Shown: in pieces, positions 12,990 to 23,770 of the stretch | Layout: each line of letters begins with the position of its first letter | How positions within the stretch are numbered: the first letter of the stretch is position 1 | NCBI RefSeq assembly: GCF_036321535.1 | Contig: NC_087436.1 | Span: 102,550,001-102,614,000 of the forward strand | Length of the DNA stretch: 64,000 nucleotides | Direction: 5' to 3' | Source of the DNA: Camelus dromedarius | Lineage: Eukaryota | The notes under the pieces: generated by a model | The model's input: the letters and a program-made list of their open reading frames with translations, nothing else | Database searches by the model: none | Told to the model about the DNA's origin: nothing | Position numbers and translations under genes: made by a program

Positions 12990-13165
12990 AATCATTTCAT
13001 TCAATCTAAACAACCATTGTATGAAGTAGGTACAATTATAATTATTTTACAAAAGGGGAACTGAAGCATAGAGAAGTTAGGGAACTTGCCTCAGAAGGTA
13101 GTAGAATAAAGATTTGAATGCAGTGAGTCTGCAGCCCTCTGTTTGCAAGACACTGTGCTCTATGT
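12990..13165 (-). mobile_element. MIR SINE
   Basis: ATGAAGTAGGTAC...ATTTTACAAAAGGGGAACTGAAGCATAGAGAAGTTAGGGAACTTGCC, antisense core. Confidence 0.75.
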
Positions 13166-13201
13166 CTTTCTGGTTTAGACTATTCTCTTATGTCATTTCT
13201 T

Positions 13202-13334
13202 AAAAAAAGAAATTTTATTTTTTTGCTTGGGGGGTAATTAGGTTTATTTTTTTTTTAAATGGAAGTACTGGGGATTAAACCCAGGAATGTGTGCATGCTA
13301 TGCACATGCTCTACCACTGAACTATAGCCTCCCC
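13202..13334 (-). mobile_element. camelid tRNA-Ala-derived SINE (vic-1 type)
   Basis: Minus strand GGGGAGGCTATAGTTCAGTGGTAGAGCATGTGCATAGCATGCACACATTCCTGGGTTTAATCCCCAGTACTTCCA, then AAATAAACCTAATTACCCCCC and an A-rich tail; TSD TCATTTCTT at 13193-13201 and 13339-13347. Confidence 0.9.
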
Positions 13335-13619
13335 AACATCATTTCTTTAGTTCAAATCCAGTGCATCCTTCCAGGCCCTGATGAAGTCCCATCTCTTTCA
13401 AAAGATCCCTCCTTGACTGCTCCAGACACAGTGATGAGGCCTATTTTCAGATACCTATAGTGTTTATTATCTCTAATATGCAGTAAAGCAATAATTTTGT
13501 TTGCCAAATTATTTTTGCTACGTATTGTAATTCAGCTTTGTGTTTTCTAAGTCTTGCCAGATATTCCTCCCTTTTGAAATTACCTCCAATATTTGTGCAA
13601 TTATTTGCATCACTTACTC

Positions 13620-13805
13620 ACTAGAGGCAGAAAGTTGTGGCAGGGAGGTAAATTGGGGCTAACTGACAAGAGGTATGGGGTCTCTTTTAAGGGGTGAGGA
13701 AAGTTATACGGAATTAGTGGTGTTAGTTGTACAACGAATGTAATCAAAACCACTGAATTTTGCATTTTAAAGTTATGAATTTTATGTGAAGTATAGCTCA
13801 ACAAA
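13620..13805 (+). mobile_element. L1MB-like 3' end
   Basis: GGTATGGGGTCTCTTTTAAGGGGTGAGGAAAG...AAAACCACTGAATTTTGCATTTTAAA...GAATTTTATG. Confidence 0.75.
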
Positions 13806-13814
13806 TAAATTATT

Positions 13815-14135
13815 TACTATGCAGCCATGGAAAATGTAATATGACATTACAGAAAGAGTATTTCAATATACTCTCAAGTTTTTAAAAATACATTTATAAA
13901 ATAGTATGACTCCATGATTGTTGACAGCAAAACTGAAAAGTAAACAAGCTCAGTGTGTCACACAAAGGGAGAGACAGACAGACAAAGACAAAATCCAGCA
14001 GTGTGTACACATTTGGCAATCTGACTTGAATGGGTGAGGTTATAAATGATTGTCCAGTTGCTTTAAGACTTACTTTTATTTTTAAAGGACCCTACATTGA
14101 TCATGAATTAATTTTGTAAGAAGAAAAGAAAAATA
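13815..14135 (+). mobile_element. L1ME-like 3' end
   Basis: TACTATGCAGCCAT...GGGTGAGGTTATAAATGATT...CATGAATTAATTTTGTAAGAAGAAAA. Confidence 0.55.
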
Positions 14136-14917
14136 GTATTTATAATAATTTCACAAGGAGGAAACAAAACCAGATACCACGGGTGTGTGCCTAAAGAGAG
14201 AAAAATATATAAAGAAGATCTGACATCCTGTGAAGAGTGTGTGTGAGAGAGAGAGACAGAGACGGAGAAGGTCAGCATTCTCCATCAAGAAGGGAAAATG
14301 TCTCTAGTGAAATAGATTAAAGCCAAAGTAATTTTATGCATGTTTACTTTACGGGGTTCCTACAACTTTCAAGTGTCCATACAATACAAGGGGATCAACA
14401 GAGTCCTGGATTCTCATCCCAGAGCGCCCCCACTTCTGTCTCACGGCCTCACAGCCTTGGACCTGCGAGCACTTTAGTCCTGTTTATTTCCAGCAGAACT
14501 TTTACGAGGAAGTCCTGGGCATTCAGGAGAGGCTTCAAAGCTTGAAAACCCTCAGACAGTCAGAGAAAACTTTCAAAATTGAAGAAAAGAATTTTTAAGT
14601 TAGAATGTTCTATTCAGCCATGTAACTTGGGGAATCCCTGGCAGGTGGAAATTTTATTCTGCTAATGAAGCCAGGGCTTTTCTGACAACCAAAGTATTTA
14701 TTAAGCCAAAGAGGTTACAGTACCCCTCACACCGAGAGCAGCACATTTATCTTCGGAGGAGAATAAGAACTAGCCAGTAATAGTAAACAGACTGCTTGTA
14801 AACTTCCAGTTATGGAAGCTTAATTTACAAATTAAGTGCATACTTAAAGGTTACTGTTGTGGTTTATCGAGTTTCCCCAGGATTCCCTTGAAGATTTTAA
14901 CACTCTTACCAGTGTTA

Positions 14918-15005
14918 AAACTAATATGATATTATATGTCAATTATACTTCAATTTTTAAAAAGCTATAAAATAAATAAAAATTTTAAATAATAAAAATA
15001 AATAA
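14918..15005 (+). mobile_element. very short 5'-truncated L1 3' end with A-rich tail
   Basis: AAACTAATATGATATTATATGTCAATTATACTTCAAT followed by an A-rich tail. Confidence 0.65.
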
Positions 15006-15374
15006 TATTGATGCAATGCAATTTATCTTCATGAGAGTCAATGCTTTTTTCTTTCTTTTTAAAATACAGGTTTATCTCTTCCTTGACTTTCCAATAAAAA
15101 GGTATTTGAGTACCGCATCAAAAGGAGGCATTGTAAATATCTCTGGAATATCTATGGAGATGAACCAAATGTTAAAGATTCTTTTTCAGTGATTATTAGA
15201 AGGGGTCAGAGGGAGTTGGAAACTTTTCTAAGATGGGCAGAGATGGAAATAAAAGTGAGAAGATAACATCTTCTCAATTCTAAATAAAGTTTGTATTCAA
15301 AATATATGGAGAGTTCAGGGTTATAGAAAAGTCGATTCTAGTGAGGAGCCAGCCCTCACATATAGAATGTGTAA

Positions 15375-15640
15375 ATCAAACTGGTCAGAAGTACAGAAGG
15401 CCTGGGACTTGAGATTAGTATCTGAGGTGGGGACAGCCTTGTTGGACTGACCCCTTTAACTTGTGGCATCTGATACTAACTCCAGGTAAACACTATCACA
15501 ATTGAATTGAATTCTTTGACACCCAGCTGTTGTCAGGGAGTTCAGCTAGTGTTGAAAAAAGATCCTGAGTTTTTGGTGTCAGAGGGAAAAAAAAATAACC
15601 TCTCATTTGGACTCAGAAATGTTGTGAGTAAATACAGCTT
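15375..15640 (+). mobile_element. MER21-family LTR 3' part
   Basis: GGTCAGAAGTACAG...CCTGGGACTTGAGATT...CTAACTCCAGGTA...AATTGAATTGAATT...GACACCCAGCTG. Confidence 0.8.
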
Positions 15641-15739
15641 AATTTTTATTTACATATTTAAGTAAGGAAATATAGGAGGCAGTGCTGCATCCATTTGATT
15701 CACTACTGTATAGCTCTTGATGATTAAAAAAAAGCAAGA

Positions 15740-16060
15740 TACTTGATGAAAGAATTGATGAGATCATCAACAATCTTTTCAGGGGAATTGCAAGGTCAAA
15801 TGACAGAATTTCTGGAGTTAAAAGATAGATAATGCAATATTTAGGGAATTAAGACAGGCCATATGTTCAAGGAGGTCAGCAGTCAAAAGACAAAAAGAGA
15901 AAAGCATCACCAGAAGGTAGACAAGATCTAAGAAGATAAAGTGTTATTTTAAGACAGGAGAGATATGAAAGTAGAAAAGTATCTGCCAATAAGAAGAAGA
16001 AAAAAAAAAAAAAACTAAGAAGTTACAGGCAGAGGGGAGTGGTGTGGAAATGTATAATGA
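15740..16060 (-). mobile_element. L2 internal fragment
   Basis: purine-rich degraded antisense L2 (TTTTAAGACAGGAGAGATATGA). Confidence 0.45.
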
Positions 16061-16959
16061 AAAAAAAAATTTATTCTCAAGACGAGGGCTGCTCAGAGAC
16101 AGAGAAGCCAGTACCCTTTTAATATGAGTTTCAGACTATGTTTTCTTTTCAAGATTTTCGGAGTCTATTGACTATGAAAAGGCAAAATTGCCTTCAGGCT
16201 AGAGAGGCCCATTAGCAGCCCCATTAAGGAGAGTCTTCAGCTCACTAGGCAAGCCAGAGAGGGAGGAGAAACCTGTATCTGGAGAGAACACATTTATTAT
16301 GGTTAGGACCCTTAGGCCAGGAACGTTCTGCTGAGACACACCTCGTAGAAAGAGCCAGGGTCACCTTGCATGCTTGGGAATATGGGAGGCAATGGTTTGC
16401 CCATGTTCACCTCAAGCCCACGTGCTGGGTGAGCCACAGACTTGTGTGCTATGCCATTCCATTATTTCATCAACCTACATAAGCGGATTACATTTTACTC
16501 TCTCTGTTCAATCATTATTGTATCTGGAAAAGTGAATTTATTTCAAAGAAGTTAAATTGCATAGCTGCGTGTGCACAGGTACTTTTCTTCACGCTGTTTT
16601 ATGAGGAGTAACTATTATTATTGAAATGAAAGTGATTAGTGGAGTATCAGGCATAAGAAGGGGTTCAATGAATATTTTTCAGGGGATCCACGTTTTTATC
16701 TCAGTCTCTATTGTCCTGATAAAGATATTGTCCTGTCTATTAGAGTTCATTCTGTTCCCTTATTTGTTGGTTTCTATTTCTTTTTTCGTCTTTGAGAATA
16801 TCTCAAGATGGTTCAATCTAAGGGGAAAATGTGGTAAGAATAAAAAAAACTGGAAACTGAAGACAATGATTCAAATAGGGTTCCTACTTATTTATAAGGT
16901 TTCTAGATCCTTAAGCTTCAGTTACTTAGTTTTAAGAAATGGGGATAATATCATTATCT

Positions 16960-16974
16960 CCCCCCCCCCCCCCC
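16960..16974. repeat. C15 homopolymer
   Basis: 15 consecutive C (G15 on minus strand), next to a MIR core stub (AAATGGGGATAATA). Confidence 0.95.
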
Positions 16975-16984
16975 GCCACTACTC

Positions 16985-17376
16985 TGTCAAATGTCTCAGT
17001 TCATCCTTCCGTTAACACTCATAGCAGAACTGCATGTCTTGAGACTCTTGTTGCCTGGGACCACATGACCTGTTCTCGTCAATGAATTTTAAACACAAGT
17101 GATATTGTCTCACTCTCAGGCCAATCACGGAATGGTTATGTGAGAACAACCGGTGTTCTATTTTTATTTTCAACTCTGATAGCATCATTCCATATTTTTC
17201 TGTTCCATTAGCCTGAGTTTCTGTTCAGGGACAACTAGTATGAGTTCCCCAGCTCACTTTCCAGTGTCGGACGATAGGAAAAGTAAAAACAAAAACACAA
17301 ACCTTTCTAACTATAGTTTATTGTGCTTTTAAAGTTGTTATTGAAACTTAACCAAGCTGATCCTGATTCATAAACA
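16985..17376 (+). mobile_element. MaLR 5' LTR (MLT1I-like)
   Basis: GGGACCACATGACC...GTCAATGAATT...AAGTGATATTGTCTCACT...CCATTAGCCTGAGT...end TTAACCAAGCTGATCCTGATTCATAAACA. Confidence 0.7.
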
Positions 17377-18158
17377 GATTGGTACAGGGAATGGGACATT
17401 AAAGTAATACTGTACCTAAAACAAGCAGCATTGTCTTGAGAGTCGGGTGGCAGACCCATGAGTGAAGGCTAGAAGGATGGTTATTAGTGTCAATGTAAAC
17501 ATTTGGTGAGACATTGATCCATGTATACCTTGAAAGAGAGAGATTGGATCTAATAAATTCGCAATTGTTTTTTGAACTTGTAATTTTACAGAAAGAATTT
17601 CGAAAAATAAAATGCTAACAGCAGGTGTAGTTTACCATTCTTTTGCATTTTACAAGGTAGCCCAGGAAAGAGATGCTCTCAAAAAAAAAAAAAAAAAAAG
17701 GCCAGTTCACAAATATGATTAAAGGAGAATGAAGAGTACAGAAATTTGGTTCTAATTGAACAGAAAGAGGCAACTTTTGTCCAACTAGAATCATAAAAGT
17801 AAAACTTAGGAAATACTTTAGTCACAAAGACTGATTAAAATTACATCGCCTGGCAATAAATGGATTCAGATGTTGCACAGTAAGTACTTTCAAGTGGAAA
17901 AATGGATCAGAGGAAAACACTGAGGATGTGACTTTTCCGTGTAAGGCAAATAGACTCAGAGCACCTAACAGTTACTTCCAGAGAAAGTAGCAAGGATGAA
18001 AAAGAACAAAATAAATAAATAAATAAAACTTGGAGTAATAAGATGAGCACATGGAGTTGATTGGAACCAAGTTGATAATTGGCCACACCTATTTTTGCAA
18101 GAGTGTAACCAACCTGGATCACCAGAGATGGCAATAATGCGAAATTAAAAATGACTTT
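17377..18158 (+). mobile_element. MaLR internal region (MLT1-int)
   Basis: Starts GATTGGTACAGGGAATGGG...TACCTAAAA directly after the LTR; GAAAGAATTTCGAAAAATAAAATG and CCAGGAAAGAGATG resemble MLT-int. Confidence 0.65.
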
Positions 18159-18159
18159 T

Positions 18160-18424
18160 CTTCTAGTCACAAAGTACAACAAACTGGGTGTTCAAACCAC
18201 AGAAATGAATTATCTCACAGTTCTGGAGGCTAGAAGTCCAAGATCAAGTTGTTGCAAATATTGATTACTTATGAGAGCTGTGAAGGAAAGGCCTACTCCA
18301 GGACTCTCCATGGCTTGTAGGTAGCTGTCTTCTCCCTGTGTAGCATTATATCACCTTCCCTCTGTGTGTATCTGCCTCTAGATTTCCCCTTTTATAAAGA
18401 TACAACTCATATTGGACTAGGGCC
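18160..18424 (-). mobile_element. MLT1B-like LTR, 3' two-thirds only
   Basis: ACAAAGTACAACAAACTGGGTG...TCTCACAGTTCTGGAGGCTAGAAGTCCAAGATCAAG...TTTATAAAGATACAACTCATATTGGACTAGGGCC. Confidence 0.85.
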
Positions 18425-19561
18425 ATATCTTTTTTCTCCTGAAAATTCAAAGAATATCCTTGTTCTGGAGTGATATAAGCCCTGTGTATTTGTCCTGCTT
18501 TCTATAGTTCTGGTTGGTGATAAGGTCACTGGAGAAACAAAGAAGAGAAAACAAAGAAGCATAGGAAGACTTTGCCACTTGACTCGTTGCCATGAATTTT
18601 AGTAAATAGAATATAAACATTTGGTTTATTTCTTCATAATTTCAACATCTGTGAAATGACTTTAGTGCTTTGTCATTTGTTCAGAGGCTATGGTCAATCT
18701 GAGTGCTTCTTTTGTCACTGTAACACTTGGTATGCAATTTTGAATTTTTGGTTTCAAGAATGTCATACACAAGGGATGAATGTTTTCAGTTCAATGAGTG
18801 TTTCTAACCATTGTGCACAAGTCTGAATTTTCTCAGTCTCTTCCTTGCTGCAGATCTCTTATATACTGCAAAGCTCTTTTGCTGGCTCTTCAATCAAAAT
18901 ATGTTCTTTTCAGATGGACTGGCCAGCATAATTCTCAGCTAAGCTACTTCTCCCCTGAAGAAGTTGTAGTGGTTAATCTTCAGACATCTCCAGTATTTCA
19001 AAATTGAAAGAGAAAAGCATAAGCATTGTAATAGTTATAGCTCAAAATAAAATTCCTCCTGCATTTCCTCTCCTTGAAAACAAAGACTGTCTCATATCCT
19101 ATTTTGTCAGTTTCACCATCCATCTGGTGGTTGGGTTTTACACCTTTAAAGTTTTCCTAGAGTTTTCTGTACTCGTCTATATTACTTTTTATATACAGAG
19201 AAATAGATGTATAAATATTTCATGTGGATATGAACATTTAAAATAATTACCTTTTCAAACAGTATTTTAAGCATATTTTCCACTTGAAAATCACTGAGGT
19301 ATTTCACATAGCCTTGGGATTTGTGATTATGATTTTCAAATATATAACTTCCCTGCCTGATTAAGAAATCATTATCTTTCTGAAACATCAAAATTAATTT
19401 TACATATTTCTGAATAAAATTATATTTATGGCCATTGTTTTATAAAATAAAGAGCCATAATTTACATGGAAATTGAAGAGTTTTAATCATTTTTTAAAAA
19501 AACATATAGAAACTATAAGTTTGACTTACAGAAACTCTAAGAGATAGTTGTGAAGACAAAT

Positions 19562-19922
19562 GTCTATATTACACGAAGGACATAAAACACTCCAAAATCT
19601 TAGTGGGTTAAATAACAAAGTTTTATGTCACCTAAATGTCATATGTCTGTTGCAGATTGGCTTCACTGTCACTCAAGCAGTCAGTGTGTCAAATAGTTAC
19701 TGACAGGACACGTATCATCTAAATGTTACCAGGCACAGTGCCAGACAGAAAGGAGAATGCCTACACCAGCAATTAAGTACATATGACATACATCATTACT
19801 CATTGGCCAGAATCAGTCATGTGACCTCATCTAAACATAATGGGGGCTGGGAAGTCCCTCCTTTTATCTGCTCAGAAAGTGTGAAGAACCAGGTACCAGT
19901 GAGCAGAGCTAATTATTTACCC
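19562..19922 (-). mobile_element. old MaLR LTR (MLT1K/L-like)
   Basis: CCAAAATCTTAGTGGGTTAAATAACAAAG...CATTGGCCAGAATCAGTCATGTGACC...GGGGGCTGGGAAGT. Confidence 0.6.
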
Positions 19923-19934
19923 AATGGGGAATAA

Positions 19935-20108
19935 ATTTGGAATTAGAAATCCTACCTTTCAATTTGATTATCGCCACAACCTACATAATTTACATTAATA
20001 AAATCGCCATATATTTGCTACTGCTTCCTCTTCTATAAAATGAGAATGCAGTATCCATTGTAATATTCTGAGGATCAAATGAAGTCTGGTAACATGCAAT
20101 GCATTATA
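19935..20108 (+). mobile_element. degraded MIR
   Basis: TTCCTCTTCTATAAAATGAGAATG...TGAGGATCAAATGA. Confidence 0.45.
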
Positions 20109-20444
20109 TGCAAGATAGGAAAGATTGCTTTTGTAGATAAATACAAGGAAAAAGAGACCTGTTCAAAATAAGCAGAAAAGAAACCAGATTATTTGACTCG
20201 TGTATCAGAAATTAACTTAAAATTTATGCATTTGCATGAAAGAAAATAGAACAAATCTATTCATTTGAGTATGGGGCAATATACTCACCAAAAATCTTCT
20301 TATGCTTATTACATTGAATTTAAATATAAATGGACATGAGTTAATGACTTAGATATTTTTCTTGATGCAAATAAACACAGCTACAGCAAAAAAAATTGTA
20401 GTTTTGTTCATTTAACTAGTCATTTTATTCTATTTTTAGAATTT

Positions 20445-20660
20445 TTATTGATAGTTTATAGGTGAATTTTTGATTTATGAATATCTGTGTATATTTTTTT
20501 AATTCACTTAACTAGATTACTTTTATTCTAGTAGTTTATAGCTTTTTTTTAGGATTTCTAGTAGATAATTATGTTTGTAAATAACAGTTCTAAGTTTCAC
20601 TTTTCAAAATTTATATTAATTTGTTTTGTGTTTGGCTTCATCCTAATTGACTTTATATCA
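20445..20660 (-). mobile_element. old L1 ORF2 fragment
   Basis: TTCTAGTAGTTT...TTAGGATTTCTAGTAGATAATTATG...GTAAATAACAG, T-rich antisense ORF2. Confidence 0.55.
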
Positions 20661-20667
20661 TGTTTTG

Positions 20668-20800
20668 GTAAGTCAGAAATGTATTTGACTACTACCAACA
20701 GAGACCTGAAAAACAGTAGTTTAAACAAATTGAGAGTTTACTATTATCTTCCAAAAATATAAGTCCAGAGGTAGACAAGTTGGGGGCTGGTCCAGTAGGA
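20668..20800 (-). mobile_element. LTR end (MLT1K/LTR33-like)
   Basis: AACAGAGACC...AACAGTAGTTTAAACAAATTGAGAGTTTA...AAGTCCAGAGGTAGACAAG...GGGCTGGT. Confidence 0.55.
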
Positions 20801-21260
20801 ACACTCTATCATAAAGCCTAAATCCAACTCTACATATTACATAATTCCAACATTAAAGATGAGGACCTGTTTGGAAAAAAAACAAACGTGTTAACTGGTA
20901 TCATAATAAACTCCTAATCATTAATCTCTAGAAGGTCTCTGATGCTGCCTGACAATTATTCTGTGCCCAATTACATTCTATCTTCTCCTCTCCAGATTAA
21001 TTTTGTTTATTCCCCTATGTCTTCAAAACTCCAATATCTTTCTCCTTCATTCCCTCTCTGAACTTCAACCTTTCTTTCTATACAAATTAAAACAAAAAAA
21101 GAAACTTCTAGAAACTCCTATCTCCTTTTCTAATTACTGTCTGTTCCCATGTGCTCTTTTATATCTTCTGCTCTTTTGAAGAGTTCATGGTCCTGGCTAA
21201 GAATAACTGAAATTTGCTCTTGAGACCCAAGTCCCTTTCTGCCATTCAAGAAATTTTCTA

Positions 21261-21653
21261 CAGCTTTTCATCCTTGAATATGACATTACTTTTGAGCTTC
21301 TCATATATGGCCTTTATTATGTTGAGGTGCGTTCCCTCTATACCTGCTTTGTTAAGAGTTTTTCATAAATGAGTGTTAAATCCTGTCAACCACTTTTTCT
21401 GCATCCATTGAGATGATCATATGTTTTTATCCATAATTTTTAATGTAGTGTATCAAATTCACTGATTTGCAGATGTTGAACCATCTTTGCATCCCTGGAA
21501 TAAATCACACTCGATCATGTTATATGATTTTTTATTGTATTGTTGAATTTGGTTTGCTAATATTTTGTTGAGTATTTTTCCATCTATGTTCATCAAGAAT
21601 ATTGGCCTGTAATTCTCTTTTCTTGTGGCATCTTTGGTTTTGGCATCAGGGTA
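21261..21653 (-). mobile_element. L1 ORF2 segment, inverted 5' part of a twin-primed L1
   Basis: Antisense ORF2: GGCCTTTATTATGTTGAGG, TTTTCTGCATCCATTGAGATGATCAT, GTTGAACCATCTTTGCATCCCTGGAATAAAT, TTTTGGCATCAGGGTA. Confidence 0.92.
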
Positions 21654-23616
21654 TAAGACAAGATCAAGAAAAAGATAATTATTCCCACTTTTGCCAATTT
21701 ATTTAACATAGTATTAGAAGTCCTAGCCAGAAATATTAGGCAAGAAAAGGAAATAAAAGACATCCAACTTGGAAAGGAAGAACTAAAATTGTCACTATTT
21801 GGAGATGACATGGTGTTATACACAGAAACCCTAAGGAAGCCATCAAAAAACTGTTAGAACTAATAAATTCAGTAAAGTGACAGGATACAAATCAGTACAT
21901 AAGAATTTGTTGCATTTATATACTCTAGTAACAAACTATCAGAAAGAGAAATTAAGAAAAACAATCACATTTACAATTGAATCAAAAAGAATAAAATATC
22001 CAGAAATAAATGTAACAAAGGAAATGAAAAACTTGTGTCTTGAAAACTACAAAACACTAATGAAAGGCTGAAGAAGATACAAATAAATTAAAAGATATTC
22101 TACGCTCAGGATTGGAAGAATCAGTATTGTTAAGATGTCCATACTTCCCAAAGAAATCTGCAGATTCAGTTCAATTCCTATCAAAATTCCAATGAAATTT
22201 TTCATAGAAATATAACACATAATCCTAAAATTTGCATGGAACCACAAAAGACCCCAAATAGCCAAAGCTATCTTGATAAAAAAAAGAACAATATTGGATG
22301 CATCATGCTCCTGGTTTCAAACTGCATTTCAAAGCTATGGTAATTAAAACAATACGGTATTGGCATAAAAATAGACACATAGATAAATGGAACAGAATAG
22401 AGATGCCAGAAATAAACCTACATTTTTGGTCAATTCATTTATGACAAAGGAATCAAGAATATACAATTGGGAAATGATAGTCTCTTCAATAAATGATGTT
22501 GTGAAAACTGGACATCCATATGCAAGGAATGAAACTCAACCACTATCTTACACCATACACAAAAATTAACTTAAAATAGCTTAAATATTTGAATTTAAGA
22601 CCTGAAACCATTAAACTCCTAGAAGAAAACATAAGCAGTAAATTCATTAACATCAGTCTTAACAATGACCTTTTAGTCTGACACCAAATGTAAAAGCAAC
22701 AAAATTAAGCAAATGAGACTGCATCAAACTAAAATTCTGCACAACAAAGGAAACCTTCAAAAAATTGAAAAGGCAACCTACTGAATGAAAAAAAAAAACA
22801 TTTGCACATTATATATCTGACAAGGTGTTAATATTCAAATATATAAAAAATTATACAACTCAGTAGCAAAAACAAACAATGCAATTTTTAAAACATGGGC
22901 TGACAATTTGTGTAGATATTTTTCCAAAGAAGACATACAGATGGTCAGCAGTTGCATGTAAAGATGCTCAACATCACTAATCATCAGAGAAATGCAAATC
23001 AAAGCCATAGGAAGATATCACTCCACATCTGTTAGAATGGCTACTAGCAAAATGACAAAAAATTACAAGTGTTGGTGAGAATGTGGAGAAAAGAGAACCC
23101 TAGTGAACTGTTTGTGAGGAAGTAAATTGGTGCATCCACTGTGGAAAACAGTATGGAAGTTCCTCAGAAAATTAAAAATACAACTACCATATGGTCCAGT
23201 AATTCAATTACTGAGTATTTATCCAAAGATACCAAAAATACTAATTGGAAAGGACATATGCATTCTCATGTTTACTGAAGCATTATATACAGTAACTATG
23301 AAATGGAAACAACCTAAGTTCCCCTTGATAGGTGAATGGATAAAGAATATGTGGTGTATACATATAATGGAGTATTACTCAGCCATAAAAAGAATAAATT
23401 CTTGCCATTTGCAACAACATGGATGGACCTCAAAGGAGTTACTTTAAGTGAAGAAGGTCAGACAGAGAAAGACAAATACCATACGATCTCACTTATATGT
23501 GGAATCTAAAACAAACAGCAGAAATAAGCTTATAGATAAAGAGAGCACCTCTGGTGATTGCCATATTTTGGGTGTGGGGGGGGATGGAAGAAATGGGTAA
23601 AAGGAGAAAAAAGGTA
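21654..23616 (+). mobile_element. L1 (L1MA-age) ORF2 RT/C-terminus and 3'UTR, disabled
   Basis: LSLFGDDM (RT FADD motif mutated) at 21789-21812; ORF 23127-23447 is the ORF2p C-terminus ([21 protein letters not shown]...EYYSAIK); many stops and frameshifts. Confidence 0.95.
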
Positions 23617-23678
23617 AATAATAATAATAATAACAACAACAATAACAATAATAATAATAATATCGACAACAGCAACAT
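23617..23678 (+). repeat. (AAT/AAC)n microsatellite, L1 tail
   Basis: AATAATAATAATAATAACAACAACAATAACAATAATAATAAT... Confidence 0.9.
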
Positions 23679-23684
23679 AAAAAT

Positions 23685-23770
23685 GTTCTCAGGCCGTCAC
23701 CAAGGTGACTGAATTAGAACTGGTACTTTAACAAGGTCCACATGTGATTCATTTGCACATTAAAATTTTT
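23685..23770. mobile_element. MER5A-like hAT half element
   Basis: ACTGAATTAGAA...TTTAACAAGGTCCACATGTGATTCATTTGCACATTAAAATTT (consensus actgaatcagaa...tttaacaag...ggtgattctgatgcacgctaaagttt). Confidence 0.55.

Noticed and set aside
13259..13334. tRNA-Ala gene (also 37299-37375)
   Set aside because: The tRNA-like heads carry SINE tails and TSDs and have mutated stems or boxes.
14422..14438. CTCF site AGCGCCCCC
   Set aside because: Only half the motif matches; the expected T..TGG part is absent.
23127..23447. 106-aa ORF as a functional gene
   Set aside because: It is the C-terminal remnant of L1 ORF2p in a 5'-truncated, frameshifted copy.
23493..23678. Poly-leucine signal-peptide-like ORF
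   Set aside because: Antisense translation of the (AAT/AAC)n L1 tail.
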